From NCBI GenBank assembly GCA_902778855.1, contig CACYZM010000001.1, positions 5,838-69,837 of the forward strand: 64,000 nucleotides of DNA. Direction: 5' to 3'. Under the pieces are notes generated by a model that worked only from the letters and a program-made list of their open reading frames with translations, made no database searches and was not told where the DNA came from. Source of the DNA: an uncultured Bacteroidia bacterium (GTDB lineage: Bacteria > Bacteroidota > Bacteroidia > Bacteroidales > UBA932). Below are positions 26,171-38,203 of the stretch, one piece after another; the first letter of the stretch is position 1, and every line of letters begins with the position of its first letter. Made by a program: the position numbers and the translations under genes.

Positions 26171-27454
26171 TTATTTAGCTTTCTTGACGACGCGGGAACC
26201 GGCCACGGCAAAGAAGAAGATGAACGCCAGACCGGCGACGATCACCCAGTAGCTGGGCATATAGCCGGCCTTGTCGGCGACGAAGTTCTGGAGGAGCGGC
26301 AGGATGCCACCGCCGACGACCATCGCCATGAAGATACCGGAAGCCTTGTTGGTGGCGGCACCGAGGCCTTCGACCGCGAGGTCGAAGATCGTACCCCACA
26401 TCACGGACGTGCAGAGACCGACCAGGACGAGCAGCAGGGCCGAGAGCGGCACTTCCACCATCGAGAAGCCGGAGCCGGTGAAGGCGGGCATCGAGGCCTT
26501 GTTGGAGACCGGGATGAACATGGCGCAGAGAACCAGGATGAGGGCCACCGTGGAAACGGTGATCAGCTGGGCGCGCGACGAGACCTTACCGCTGATGAAG
26601 CTGGAGATGAGTCGGCCGATGAGCATCAGGAACCAATAGGTACCGGCCACGAAGCCGGCCGTACGGACGGCCACGGACGGGTCGAGACCCGCACCGTTGA
26701 CGGAGTCGGACAGGAAGAAGTTGAGCGTGCCCGGGATGCCGACCTCGACGCCGACATACAGGAAGATGGCGATCACACCGTAGACGAAGTGACGGTAGTT
26801 CATCGGGTTCTCGGCCTTGACCTGGGTCTTGACCGCTTCAGGATCTTCGATCGGGATAAAGAGCAGGGCGATGAAAGCCGCGGCGAAGACGCCCATGGCG
26901 ATGAATAGCACGGGGTTGACGTCGGCGATCTTCGACTGGGCCGTGAGGGTGCCGATCAGGGCGCCGACGAGCATCGGGGTGAGGGTACCCATCAGGGAGT
27001 TGAAGCTGCCGCCGATCTGGATGTACTGGTTGGAACGCCGGCCGCCCAGGAGCTTCAGCATCGGGTTGACCACGGTGTTGAGCATGCACACGGAGAAGCC
27101 GCTGATGAAGGCACCGAGGAGGTAGACGATGAAGTTGGCGGGGAAGGAGGCGACCACGCCGGAGAGGAACTGGACGAGTACGCCGCAGAAGCCCACCGCG
27201 ATGGCGATCAGGGCGGTCTTCTTGTATCCGAACTTGGTCAGCATGTTGCCGGCCGGAATACCCATGATGGCATAGGCCAGGAAGTTCATCATGTTGCCCA
27301 TCATGCCGAGGGCGTTGGAGCCGGCGATCTGCGGCTGCATCTTCCAGATGTTGCCGATCGGGGCGGCCAGGTTCGTCACGAAGGAGATCATTCCGAAGAG
27401 GAAGATCATCACGAGGATCGGGACGAACGAAGTTTTCTGCTTGGTAGTAGTCAT
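26171..27454 (-). CDS. sugar MFS transporter (glucose/galactose/fucose permease family)
   Basis: A 427-aa protein with 12 TM helices and sequence typical of the FucP/GluP subfamily, directly upstream of the ROK kinase. Confidence 0.8.
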   Translation of the reverse strand: MTTTKQKTSFVPILVMIFLFGMISFVTNLAAPIGNIWKMQPQIAGSNALGMMGNMMNFLAYAIMGIPAGNMLTKFGYKKTALIAIAVGFCGVLVQFLSGVVASFPANFIVYLLGAFISGFSVCMLNTVVNPMLKLLGGRRSNQYIQIGGSFNSLMGTLTPMLVGALIGTLTAQSKIADVNPVLFIAMGVFAAAFIALLFIPIEDPEAVKTQVKAENPMNYRHFVYGVIAIFLYVGVEVGIPGTLNFFLSDSVNGAGLDPSVAVRTAGFVAGTYWFLMLIGRLISSFISGKVSSRAQLITVSTVALILVLCAMFIPVSNKASMPAFTGSGFSMVEVPLSALLLVLVGLCTSVMWGTIFDLAVEGLGAATNKASGIFMAMVVGGGILPLLQNFVADKAGYMPSYWVIVAGLAFIFFFAVAGSRVVKKAK

Positions 27455-27478
27455 ATTGGATCGTAAGATGATTTCAGA

Positions 27479-27952
27479 TTAACGGGAACCGCCGAGGATC
27501 TTGCCGAGCAGGCCGCCGAGGAGGCCGCCGCCCGTCTTCTGGGCCTGGGTCTTGTTGCCGCCCTTGAGGGTGATGATGATGTCCTGGAAATCGACGTCGC
27601 CGTCGCCGTCCTGGTCTTTCAGGATGCCGGAGAGGCCGCCCATGACGGCGGGAACCAACGCGGCGAGCTTGCCGTTGAGCAGGCTGCCCAGATTGAGCTT
27701 CTTCAGGATGTTGGCGTTGAACATGTTGCCGGCCAGCGCGGTGATCGGGCTGGAAGCGGCCGCCGTTTTGCCCGTGAGCAGGTTCTTGATCAGGTCGACG
27801 CCGCCGGGTTTGGCCACCGTCTGGGTAAGGCTGCCGAAGATGGAGTCGGTCAGGCCGTTGAGAACCGTGTTTTTCGCTTGTGCGGGGATTTCCACATTGC
27901 CCGCCTGGGCTGCGACCTGGTTTTTAATCAGGTCAAGGATGGATGCTGCCAT
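27479..27952 (-). CDS. hypothetical Gly/Leu-rich protein with one EF-hand-like loop
   Basis: 157-aa ORF with ATG confirmed and no signal peptide. It contains a canonical 12-residue loop, DQDGDGDVDFQD. It is co-oriented with the MFS gene, 24 nt upstream of it. Confidence 0.5.
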   Translation of the reverse strand: MAASILDLIKNQVAAQAGNVEIPAQAKNTVLNGLTDSIFGSLTQTVAKPGGVDLIKNLLTGKTAAASSPITALAGNMFNANILKKLNLGSLLNGKLAALVPAVMGGLSGILKDQDGDGDVDFQDIIITLKGGNKTQAQKTGGGLLGGLLGKILGGSR

Positions 27953-28027
27953 AATGATATTGTTTAGTTTTAGTTGTAATTTGCCTTTTGAAGTGGCTAA
28001 GTTATAAAAAAAAAGTGAAAAATTGAT

Positions 28028-28035
28028 TATCTTTG
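28028..28035 (+). promoter_or_regulatory. Bacteroidota -7 promoter box (TATCTTTG) for the atp operon
   Basis: Exact TAnnTTTG match 22 nt upstream of the atpD ATG. Confidence 0.5.
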
Positions 28036-28038
28036 TGA

Positions 28039-29577
<1,539 letters not shown>

Positions 29578-29585
29578 GCCGGACC

Positions 29586-29812
29586 ATGAAGATCACCCTC
29601 AGGATCCTCTCGCCGGAACGGGAAGTGCTCTCCGCGGAAGTCGACCTGGTCGAACTCCCCGGATCGCAGGGCCGTTTCGAAGTCCTCAAGGACCACGCGC
29701 CGCTGATCTCCTCGCTCGACAAAGGCGTCATCCGCTATGTCGTGGGAGCCGAAAGCCGCGAGGTCCCCTGCCCCGGCGGTTTCGTAGAAGTAGGCAACAA
29801 CCTCGTGACGGT

Positions 29813-29825
<13 letters not shown>
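29586..29825 (+). CDS. atpC: F0F1 ATP synthase subunit epsilon (short form, beta-sandwich only)
   Basis: 79 aa. Its position after atpD and the N-terminal epsilon pattern (ILSPEREV...V.LPG..G.F.VL..H.PLI) support the call. Confidence 0.8.
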
Positions 29826-31142
<1,317 letters not shown>

Positions 31143-31145
31143 GCC

Positions 31146-31655
31146 ATGTCGCTCATTACACCGGACTTCGGGCTTCTGTTCTGGATGACGCTGATCTTCG
31201 CCATCGTGTTCTTCATTCTGGCGAAGTTCGGTTTCCCGCTCATCACGGGAATGGTCAAAAAGCGCTCCGACCTCATCGAACAGTCGCTGCGCGACGCCGA
31301 AGAGGCCCGGAAAGCCCTGAAGGAGCTGGCTGAAGAGCAGAAACGGATGATCGAGGAAGCCCGCAAGGAGCAGGCCCGCATCCTCAACGAAGCGGCGACG
31401 GCCGGCGACAAGATCGTCCAGGAAGCCAAAGACCAGGCCCGGGAACAGACCACCGCGATGATCGAAAAAGCCCGGGAAGACATCCGCATCGAGCAGGAAA
31501 CCGCCCGGCGCGAGATCGCCGGTGAAGTCGCGACCCTGTCGGTCGAAGTGGCCGAGAAACTGGTCCGCAGCCACCTCGATTCCGCCCAACGCCAAAGCGA
31601 GCTGATCGACAAACTGATCGAAGAGGCCCGCGCCTCCCACGGACAAGTCAATTAA
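31146..31655 (+). CDS. atpF: F0F1 ATP synthase subunit b
   Basis: An N-terminal TM helix followed by a long charged coiled coil; operon position fits. Confidence 0.85.
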   Translation: MSLITPDFGLLFWMTLIFAIVFFILAKFGFPLITGMVKKRSDLIEQSLRDAEEARKALKELAEEQKRMIEEARKEQARILNEAATAGDKIVQEAKDQAREQTTAMIEKAREDIRIEQETARREIAGEVATLSVEVAEKLVRSHLDSAQRQSELIDKLIEEARASHGQVN

Positions 31656-31666
31656 CCGAAGTGCCC

Positions 31667-32162
31667 ATGAACGCCGGACTCATCGCTTCGCGCTACGCCA
31701 ACGCCCTCTATCTCTTCGCCTGCGAAACAGGCGAAGAGAAGAAGGTGTATGAAGATGCTTCCGCACTCAAACGGGCCGTCCTGGCCAACGACGACGTGAC
31801 CGGCTGCATCGAGCGCCTGTCGGTGCCGATGCAACGCTTCCTGGCGCTGGTCATCCGCAACAAGCGGGTGGAATGCCTGCCGGCCATCCTGCACAATTAC
31901 CGGGTGCTCTACCGCAAGGAAAAAGGCATCACGCGCGCCTGGCTCACCACCGCCACCGAAAATCCGGAACTGGCCGGAAGGCTCGCCGAACTGATGAAAC
32001 TGCAGGGTCTGACGGAAGTCGACTTCAAGACCGAAGTCGATCCCAATCTGATCGGCGGCTTCATCGTACAGGTCGAAGACAAGCGGCTCGACGCCTCCAC
32101 CGCCTCCCAGCTCAAGCAGATCCGCAAGGACCTGGAAACAAGTATCAGAAAAACACGCAACA

Positions 32163-32170
<8 letters not shown>
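31667..32170 (+). CDS. atpH: F0F1 ATP synthase subunit delta (OSCP)
   Basis: [11 protein letters not shown]-terminal OSCP motif. The ATG at 31667 is preferred over the GTG at 31661. Confidence 0.8.
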
Positions 32171-33752
<1,582 letters not shown>

Positions 33753-33754
33753 CC

Positions 33755-34633
33755 ATGGCATCGCTCAAGGAGACAAAGACCCGGATCGCATCGGTCAAGA
33801 GCACGCTGCAGATCACCTCGGCCATGAAGATGGTCGCGGCGGCCAAGCTGCACCGCGCCCAGCAGGCCATTGCGGGCATGGCTCCCTACCAGGACAAACT
33901 CCACGAGATCCTGCACGACCTGCTCACCGACGGCAGCGTGCGCGCCGCGGCCGACACGCCGCTGCTCGCGGGCAACGAGAGCAAGCGCGTGGCCGTGGTG
34001 GCCTTCTCCTCCAACAGTTCGCTCTGCGGCGGCTTCAACGCCACCGCCGTCAAATCGCTCCTCACCGAACTGGAATCCCTGCGGAAACAGGGGCTCGATC
34101 CCGAAAAGGATGTCGATTTCTGGCCGGTCGGCCGGAAAGTGGCCGAAGCCGGCCGGAAAGTGGGCCTGAAAGCCCGCCGCGACTCCTCCGCAATGCTCGA
34201 CCATCCCGCCTACGACCCGGCGGCCGAACTGGCCGCGCAACTGATCGAGAGTTTCACGCAAGGTGAGATCGGTTCCGTGGTAATTCTCTACAACCACTAT
34301 AAATCCAACGCCGCCCAACCGCCGGTCCGCGAGGCTTACCTGCCGTACAGCCTCCCGCAGGAGGACGGGGCGGCCGTCGATGAGGAACTCATCGTCGAAC
34401 CCGGCCGACGGGAAGTGCTCGAGGCGCTCCTCCCGAAGGTCCTGTTGCTGAAAATCTACACCGTGCTGCTCGATAGCTGCGCCGCCGAGCACGCCGCCCG
34501 CACCGTCGCCATGCAACTGGCCAGCGACAATGCCGACGAGCTCCTCGAGCAACTCACGCTCGAGTACAACAAGCGCCGCCAGCAGGCCATCACCAGCGAG
34601 CTTCTCGACATCGTCGGCGGCAGCATGAGCTAA
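33755..34633 (+). CDS. atpG: F0F1 ATP synthase subunit gamma
   Basis: MASLKETKTRIASVKSTLQITSAMKMVAAAKL N-terminus and C-terminal ITSELLDIVGG. Confidence 0.9.
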   Translation: MASLKETKTRIASVKSTLQITSAMKMVAAAKLHRAQQAIAGMAPYQDKLHEILHDLLTDGSVRAAADTPLLAGNESKRVAVVAFSSNSSLCGGFNATAVKSLLTELESLRKQGLDPEKDVDFWPVGRKVAEAGRKVGLKARRDSSAMLDHPAYDPAAELAAQLIESFTQGEIGSVVILYNHYKSNAAQPPVREAYLPYSLPQEDGAAVDEELIVEPGRREVLEALLPKVLLLKIYTVLLDSCAAEHAARTVAMQLASDNADELLEQLTLEYNKRRQQAITSELLDIVGGSMS

Positions 34634-34647
34634 TAAAAAACCGCTCC

Positions 34648-35745
34648 ATGAAAAGATTCTTTTACGCATTCGTCGTCCTGCTGCTTGCCGCCGCCTGCGG
34701 CCAGGACAAATTCGTCGTCAAAGGCACCGTCGCCGAAGGCGAGACTTTCCCCGAAAACGCCCTCGTCTGTCTGTACGACGGCGACAATCTGCTCGACAGC
34801 TGCGCCGTGGTCGACGGCGCCTTCACCCTCAAGGGCCCGGCCAATCCGGAGAAACTCTACCGTATTTCGGCCAAATACGACCGCCCGCAGCGCGACCGCT
34901 CCTGGAACTTCGGCGTGATCCCCGAAAAGGGCACTTTCCCCGTAACCTTCGCCAAGAACGCCCTCGACTGCACCATCGACTCGCAGGTCAACCGCGACTT
35001 CCTGGATTTCAACCTGAAGATGCAGGATGTCGCCAAAGAATACCGCGATCGATTCATGGCCCTCGAGGATAAGTCCGAAGAAGCCGTCGACGCCCTGATG
35101 GACGACATCAACGGCAAGATGAAGGCACTGAGCCTCGACGCCATCGGCAAGAACGCCAACAATTACATCGCCAAGAACGCCCTCCAGAACATCATCTACG
35201 ACCTGCCGCTCGACGAACTCAAGGAGATCATCGGCAAGTGCGGCAAATTCGTGGGCGAAGACGAAGGCATCTCCCGCATCGTCCGCAGCAAGGAAGCCGA
35301 ACTCGAGACCGCCGAAGGCAAGCCTTTCGTCGACTTCGCCGGCAAGACCCCCGACGGCGCCGACATCAAGCTCTCCGACTATGTGGGCAAGGGCAAATGG
35401 GTGCTTACCGATTTCTGGGCGTCCTGGTGCGGCCCGTGCATGGGCGAGATCCCCAACATCAAGAAGGTCTTTGAAACCTTCGAAGGCGACGACTTCATGG
35501 TGCTCGGCGTAGCCGTCTGGGAACGTGACGGCGACAATACCGCCAGCGCCAAAAAGATGGAGGAGAAAGAGATGAAGTGGCACCAGATTTTCGTAGGAGA
35601 CGACAAAACTCCGACCGATTCCTACGGCATCGTCGGCATTCCGACCATGATCCTCTTCGCGCCCGACGGCACAATCTACAAGCGCGGCGAAGTGCTCCGC
35701 GGCGAATCGATGTACAAGACCGTGGCCGAGGCCCTCGGTAAATAA
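34648..35745 (+). CDS. TlpA-like thiol:disulfide oxidoreductase lipoprotein (DUF4369 + thioredoxin)
   Basis: Lipobox LLAAAC and motif DFWASWCGPCMGEIP. It starts 14 nt after the atpG stop. Confidence 0.85.
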   Translation: MKRFFYAFVVLLLAAACGQDKFVVKGTVAEGETFPENALVCLYDGDNLLDSCAVVDGAFTLKGPANPEKLYRISAKYDRPQRDRSWNFGVIPEKGTFPVTFAKNALDCTIDSQVNRDFLDFNLKMQDVAKEYRDRFMALEDKSEEAVDALMDDINGKMKALSLDAIGKNANNYIAKNALQNIIYDLPLDELKEIIGKCGKFVGEDEGISRIVRSKEAELETAEGKPFVDFAGKTPDGADIKLSDYVGKGKWVLTDFWASWCGPCMGEIPNIKKVFETFEGDDFMVLGVAVWERDGDNTASAKKMEEKEMKWHQIFVGDDKTPTDSYGIVGIPTMILFAPDGTIYKRGEVLRGESMYKTVAEALGK

Positions 35746-35754
35746 CCCGCAGCC

Positions 35755-37134
35755 ATGAAACGTTTCTGGATGATGATGGCCTGCGCACTTACCCTGGCCG
35801 GCTGTACGGACTACAAGGCCTACTACAACGGCGTGCTGGAGGAGATTTCCAGTGAACGCTACAACGGCCGCAGCGTGTACCACGACGGCGACGTGCGCGC
35901 CGCCAAGTATCTCATCGACCAGCTCGCTTCGATCGAGGGCATCGTGCCCTGCGAGGCGGCCGGCCCGGAAGACGCTTCGGTTCAGCCCTATAAGAAAAGC
36001 CTCGTGGAACCGGCCGATGCGGGCCGTTGGAATGCCGTGGAAGGCAAGGAGAAATATCTCCCCTACCTCCAGCACTTCCAGTTCCCGATGAACGTGATGC
36101 GCGGCGCGATGTCGCTCTCCGTCGACGGCGTGGCCTACGCCCCGACCTTCGACTTCATCGCCAAGGAGTTCTCACCCACCTGCCACGGCTTTTTCAAGGT
36201 CACCTATCTTGACGAAGAAGCCTACCACCGCGAGGGCTTTATGGAACACCTCAGCAGCGGGATGTACAAGGACCAGTTCGTGGTCATCGACTGGAACCGT
36301 TATCTGGAGACCGTCCAGCCCGATCCCTTCGACAAGTACAAGCCCTGGCTCACGGACCTCGAAAACATCGGCGGCATCATCCTCCGGCAGGAGGAGCAGT
36401 TCCCCTACTTCAAGGCCCGCACCTGGTACCAGAGCCCGCACCCGGTCCTGTTCGTGAACGGATCGTTCCCCAACGACGCCCGTGAGATCGAACTGCACAT
36501 CGACGCCGAGATGCTGCCCACCCGCGACGCCCACAACGTCGTGGCCTGGCTGCCCGGCACCGATCCGAACTGCGACACTTACTACACCTTCATCGCCCAC
36601 TACGACCATCTGGGTTATATGGGCGCCGACCAGGTGTTCCCGGGTGCCAACGACAACGGCTCCGGCTCCGCGATGGTGGTCACGCTGGCCAAATACTTCA
36701 GCAAGAACCGGCCGCGGCACGGCATCCAGTTCATTCTGGTCGACGCCGAGGAGGAAAACCTCCTGGGCTCGTTCTTCTACTGCGAGAATCCCCGTCTGCC
36801 GCTCGACAAACTCGAATACCTGATCGACCTCGATATGGTGGCCGATGACACCGACCACCTGTCCACGCAGATCACGCCGGGCGGCGAAGCCGGCCTGGAG
36901 CAGTTCCGCGCCATCAACGCCGACGGCAAATACCCGCCCTTCGACTTCGTGATGGAAGAGATGAACGACGACAGCGACCACTTCTCCTTCGCCCAGAAAG
37001 GCGTCCCCGGCATCTACCTCGAAACCGAAGGCAACATTATCCAATACTACCACACCCCCCGCGACAACTTCCAGAACACCCGCGATAGCAACTTCGACCG
37101 CCTGTTCCACCTGATCACGGAGTTCGTGAAATAA
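35755..37134 (+). CDS. M28-family metallopeptidase (aminopeptidase-like) lipoprotein
   Basis: Lipobox LTLAGC and M28 motifs AHYDHLG, GANDNGSGSAMV, VDAEEENLLGS. Confidence 0.85.
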   Translation: MKRFWMMMACALTLAGCTDYKAYYNGVLEEISSERYNGRSVYHDGDVRAAKYLIDQLASIEGIVPCEAAGPEDASVQPYKKSLVEPADAGRWNAVEGKEKYLPYLQHFQFPMNVMRGAMSLSVDGVAYAPTFDFIAKEFSPTCHGFFKVTYLDEEAYHREGFMEHLSSGMYKDQFVVIDWNRYLETVQPDPFDKYKPWLTDLENIGGIILRQEEQFPYFKARTWYQSPHPVLFVNGSFPNDAREIELHIDAEMLPTRDAHNVVAWLPGTDPNCDTYYTFIAHYDHLGYMGADQVFPGANDNGSGSAMVVTLAKYFSKNRPRHGIQFILVDAEEENLLGSFFYCENPRLPLDKLEYLIDLDMVADDTDHLSTQITPGGEAGLEQFRAINADGKYPPFDFVMEEMNDDSDHFSFAQKGVPGIYLETEGNIIQYYHTPRDNFQNTRDSNFDRLFHLITEFVK

Positions 37135-37159
37135 CGGAGGAATAGCCCACTATTGACAA

Positions 37160-37190
37160 CCGCCCCGGAACGTTTTCGGGGCGGTTTTTA
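37160..37190 (+). terminator. rho-independent terminator ending the atp-tlpA-M28 transcription unit
   Basis: Stem CCGCCCCG (37160-37167) / CGGGGCGG (37177-37184) followed by TTTTT. Confidence 0.7.
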
Positions 37191-37201
37191 ATGATGCTCC
37201 G

Positions 37202-37342
37202 GGGGTAGGTCCCCGGTTGTTATGGGATAGGTCCAATAAAAGAATCGGGATCTACCCCGTAATATGGTATCAGATGGCGATTTACGGGGTAGGTCTCGGG
37301 GGATTCATCCGACCTACCCCAAAAGATGGCGGGACCTACCCC
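37202..37342. repeat. two-fold symmetric array of six GGGGTAGGTC / GACCTACCCC boxes (REPIN-like inverted doublet)
   Basis: Boxes start at 37202(F), 37224(F, 1 mismatch), 37249(R, 1 mismatch), 37286(F), 37311(R) and 37333(R). Start-to-start spacing is 22-25-37-25-22. The left ~70 bp aligns to the reverse complement of the right ~70 bp. Confidence 0.65.
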
Positions 37343-37357
37343 GATTATCCCCGTCGA

Positions 37358-38203
37358 TCAGGGAATGGCAGTGCCGTGGAATTCGGTGGCGTGGGTAATG
37401 GCGGCCAGGGCAGCGAGATTGTCGGGCTTGACGCCGCAGCCGGGCATCACGATGAGGCGGCTGCCGGCGCGACGGACCAGAAGGGTGATCAGGCCGCGGC
37501 CGTCCCAGGCGTTCGGGGCCTGGCCGGAAGTGAGCAGGCGGGTGCAGCCGAGGGCGATGATCTGATCGAGGGCGATGAACGGGTCGGCCGTGCAGACGTC
37601 ATAAGCGCGGTGGAAAGTCACCGGCAGCGGGCTGGCGGCGGCGATCAGTCGGCGCATGGCCGCCCGGTCGATGGCGCCTTCCGGCGTCAAGGCGCCGACA
37701 ACGATCCCGGCCACACCGACCGATTTGCAATACCCGATATCCTCGATCATCTGTTGCAGATCGACTTCATCATAGACAAAATCTGCTGCGGAGAATCCGC
37801 CATCCCCAACCGGATCGGGGGTCTGGGGTTCCCGGTCAAGCCGGGAATGACGATCGGGGCGGATCAACACGTTGACGGGAATTGTCAGAGACGCAACGAC
37901 ATCGCGGATGAGGTCGCGGGGCGGCGTCACGCCGCCGACCGAAAGATCGACGCAGAGTTCGATGCGGCCCGCGCCGCGGGACTGGGCCGACCGGGCCTGT
38001 TCGAGGGTGGTGCAGCAGGTCTCGATGAAGAGAGATGCCCGGTCAGGCCGGGCATGACGGTCGTCGGGAATCGGCGACGGGGTGCCGCCGGAGCCAGATT
38101 CCAGGTCAAGCCGGGAATGACGCTCATCGGGGGCTGCCGACGGGTTATTTTCGTCATCTTTGGGATAGCGCTGGGCGAAGCCGGGGACGAGGGAGAAGGT
38201 CAT
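37358..38203 (-). CDS. cutC: CutC-family protein (copper homeostasis protein CutC) carrying three in-frame hairpin-repeat insertions
   Basis: Core motifs IETCC...GAGRIELC...GGVTP...IPVNVLIRP...TFHRAYD...RLLTSGQ...IMPGCGV match CutC. Extra segments ERHSRLDLES, DRHARPDRAS and DRHSRLDREP are encoded by the repeats. The ATG forms an ATGA overlap with the upstream stop. Confidence 0.8.
   Translation of the reverse strand: MTFSLVPGFAQRYPKDDENNPSAAPDERHSRLDLESGSGGTPSPIPDDRHARPDRASLFIETCCTTLEQARSAQSRGAGRIELCVDLSVGGVTPPRDLIRDVVASLTIPVNVLIRPDRHSRLDREPQTPDPVGDGGFSAADFVYDEVDLQQMIEDIGYCKSVGVAGIVVGALTPEGAIDRAAMRRLIAAASPLPVTFHRAYDVCTADPFIALDQIIALGCTRLLTSGQAPNAWDGRGLITLLVRRAGSRLIVMPGCGVKPDNLAALAAITHATEFHGTAIP
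37829..37859. repeat. hairpin repeat copy 1 (TTCCCGG-TCAAG-CCGGGAA + TGACGATCGGGG) inside cutC
   Basis: A perfect 7-bp stem with a 5-nt loop, plus a conserved 3' tail. It is translated on the minus strand as PDRHSRLDRE, between the conserved LIRP and DFVY segments. Confidence 0.7.
38035..38068. repeat. hairpin repeat copy 2 (ATGCCCGG-TCAGG-CCGGGCAT + GACGGTCGTCGGG) inside the cutC 5' region
   Basis: 8-bp stem with the same architecture and tail as copy 1. Translated as DDRHARPDRAS. Confidence 0.65.
38098..38133. repeat. hairpin repeat copy 3 (ATTCCAGG-TCAAG-CCGGGAAT + GACGCTCATCGGGGG) inside the cutC 5' region
   Basis: Same element with one stem mismatch. Translated as DERHSRLDLES, in the same frame as the other two copies. 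Confidence 0.65.
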
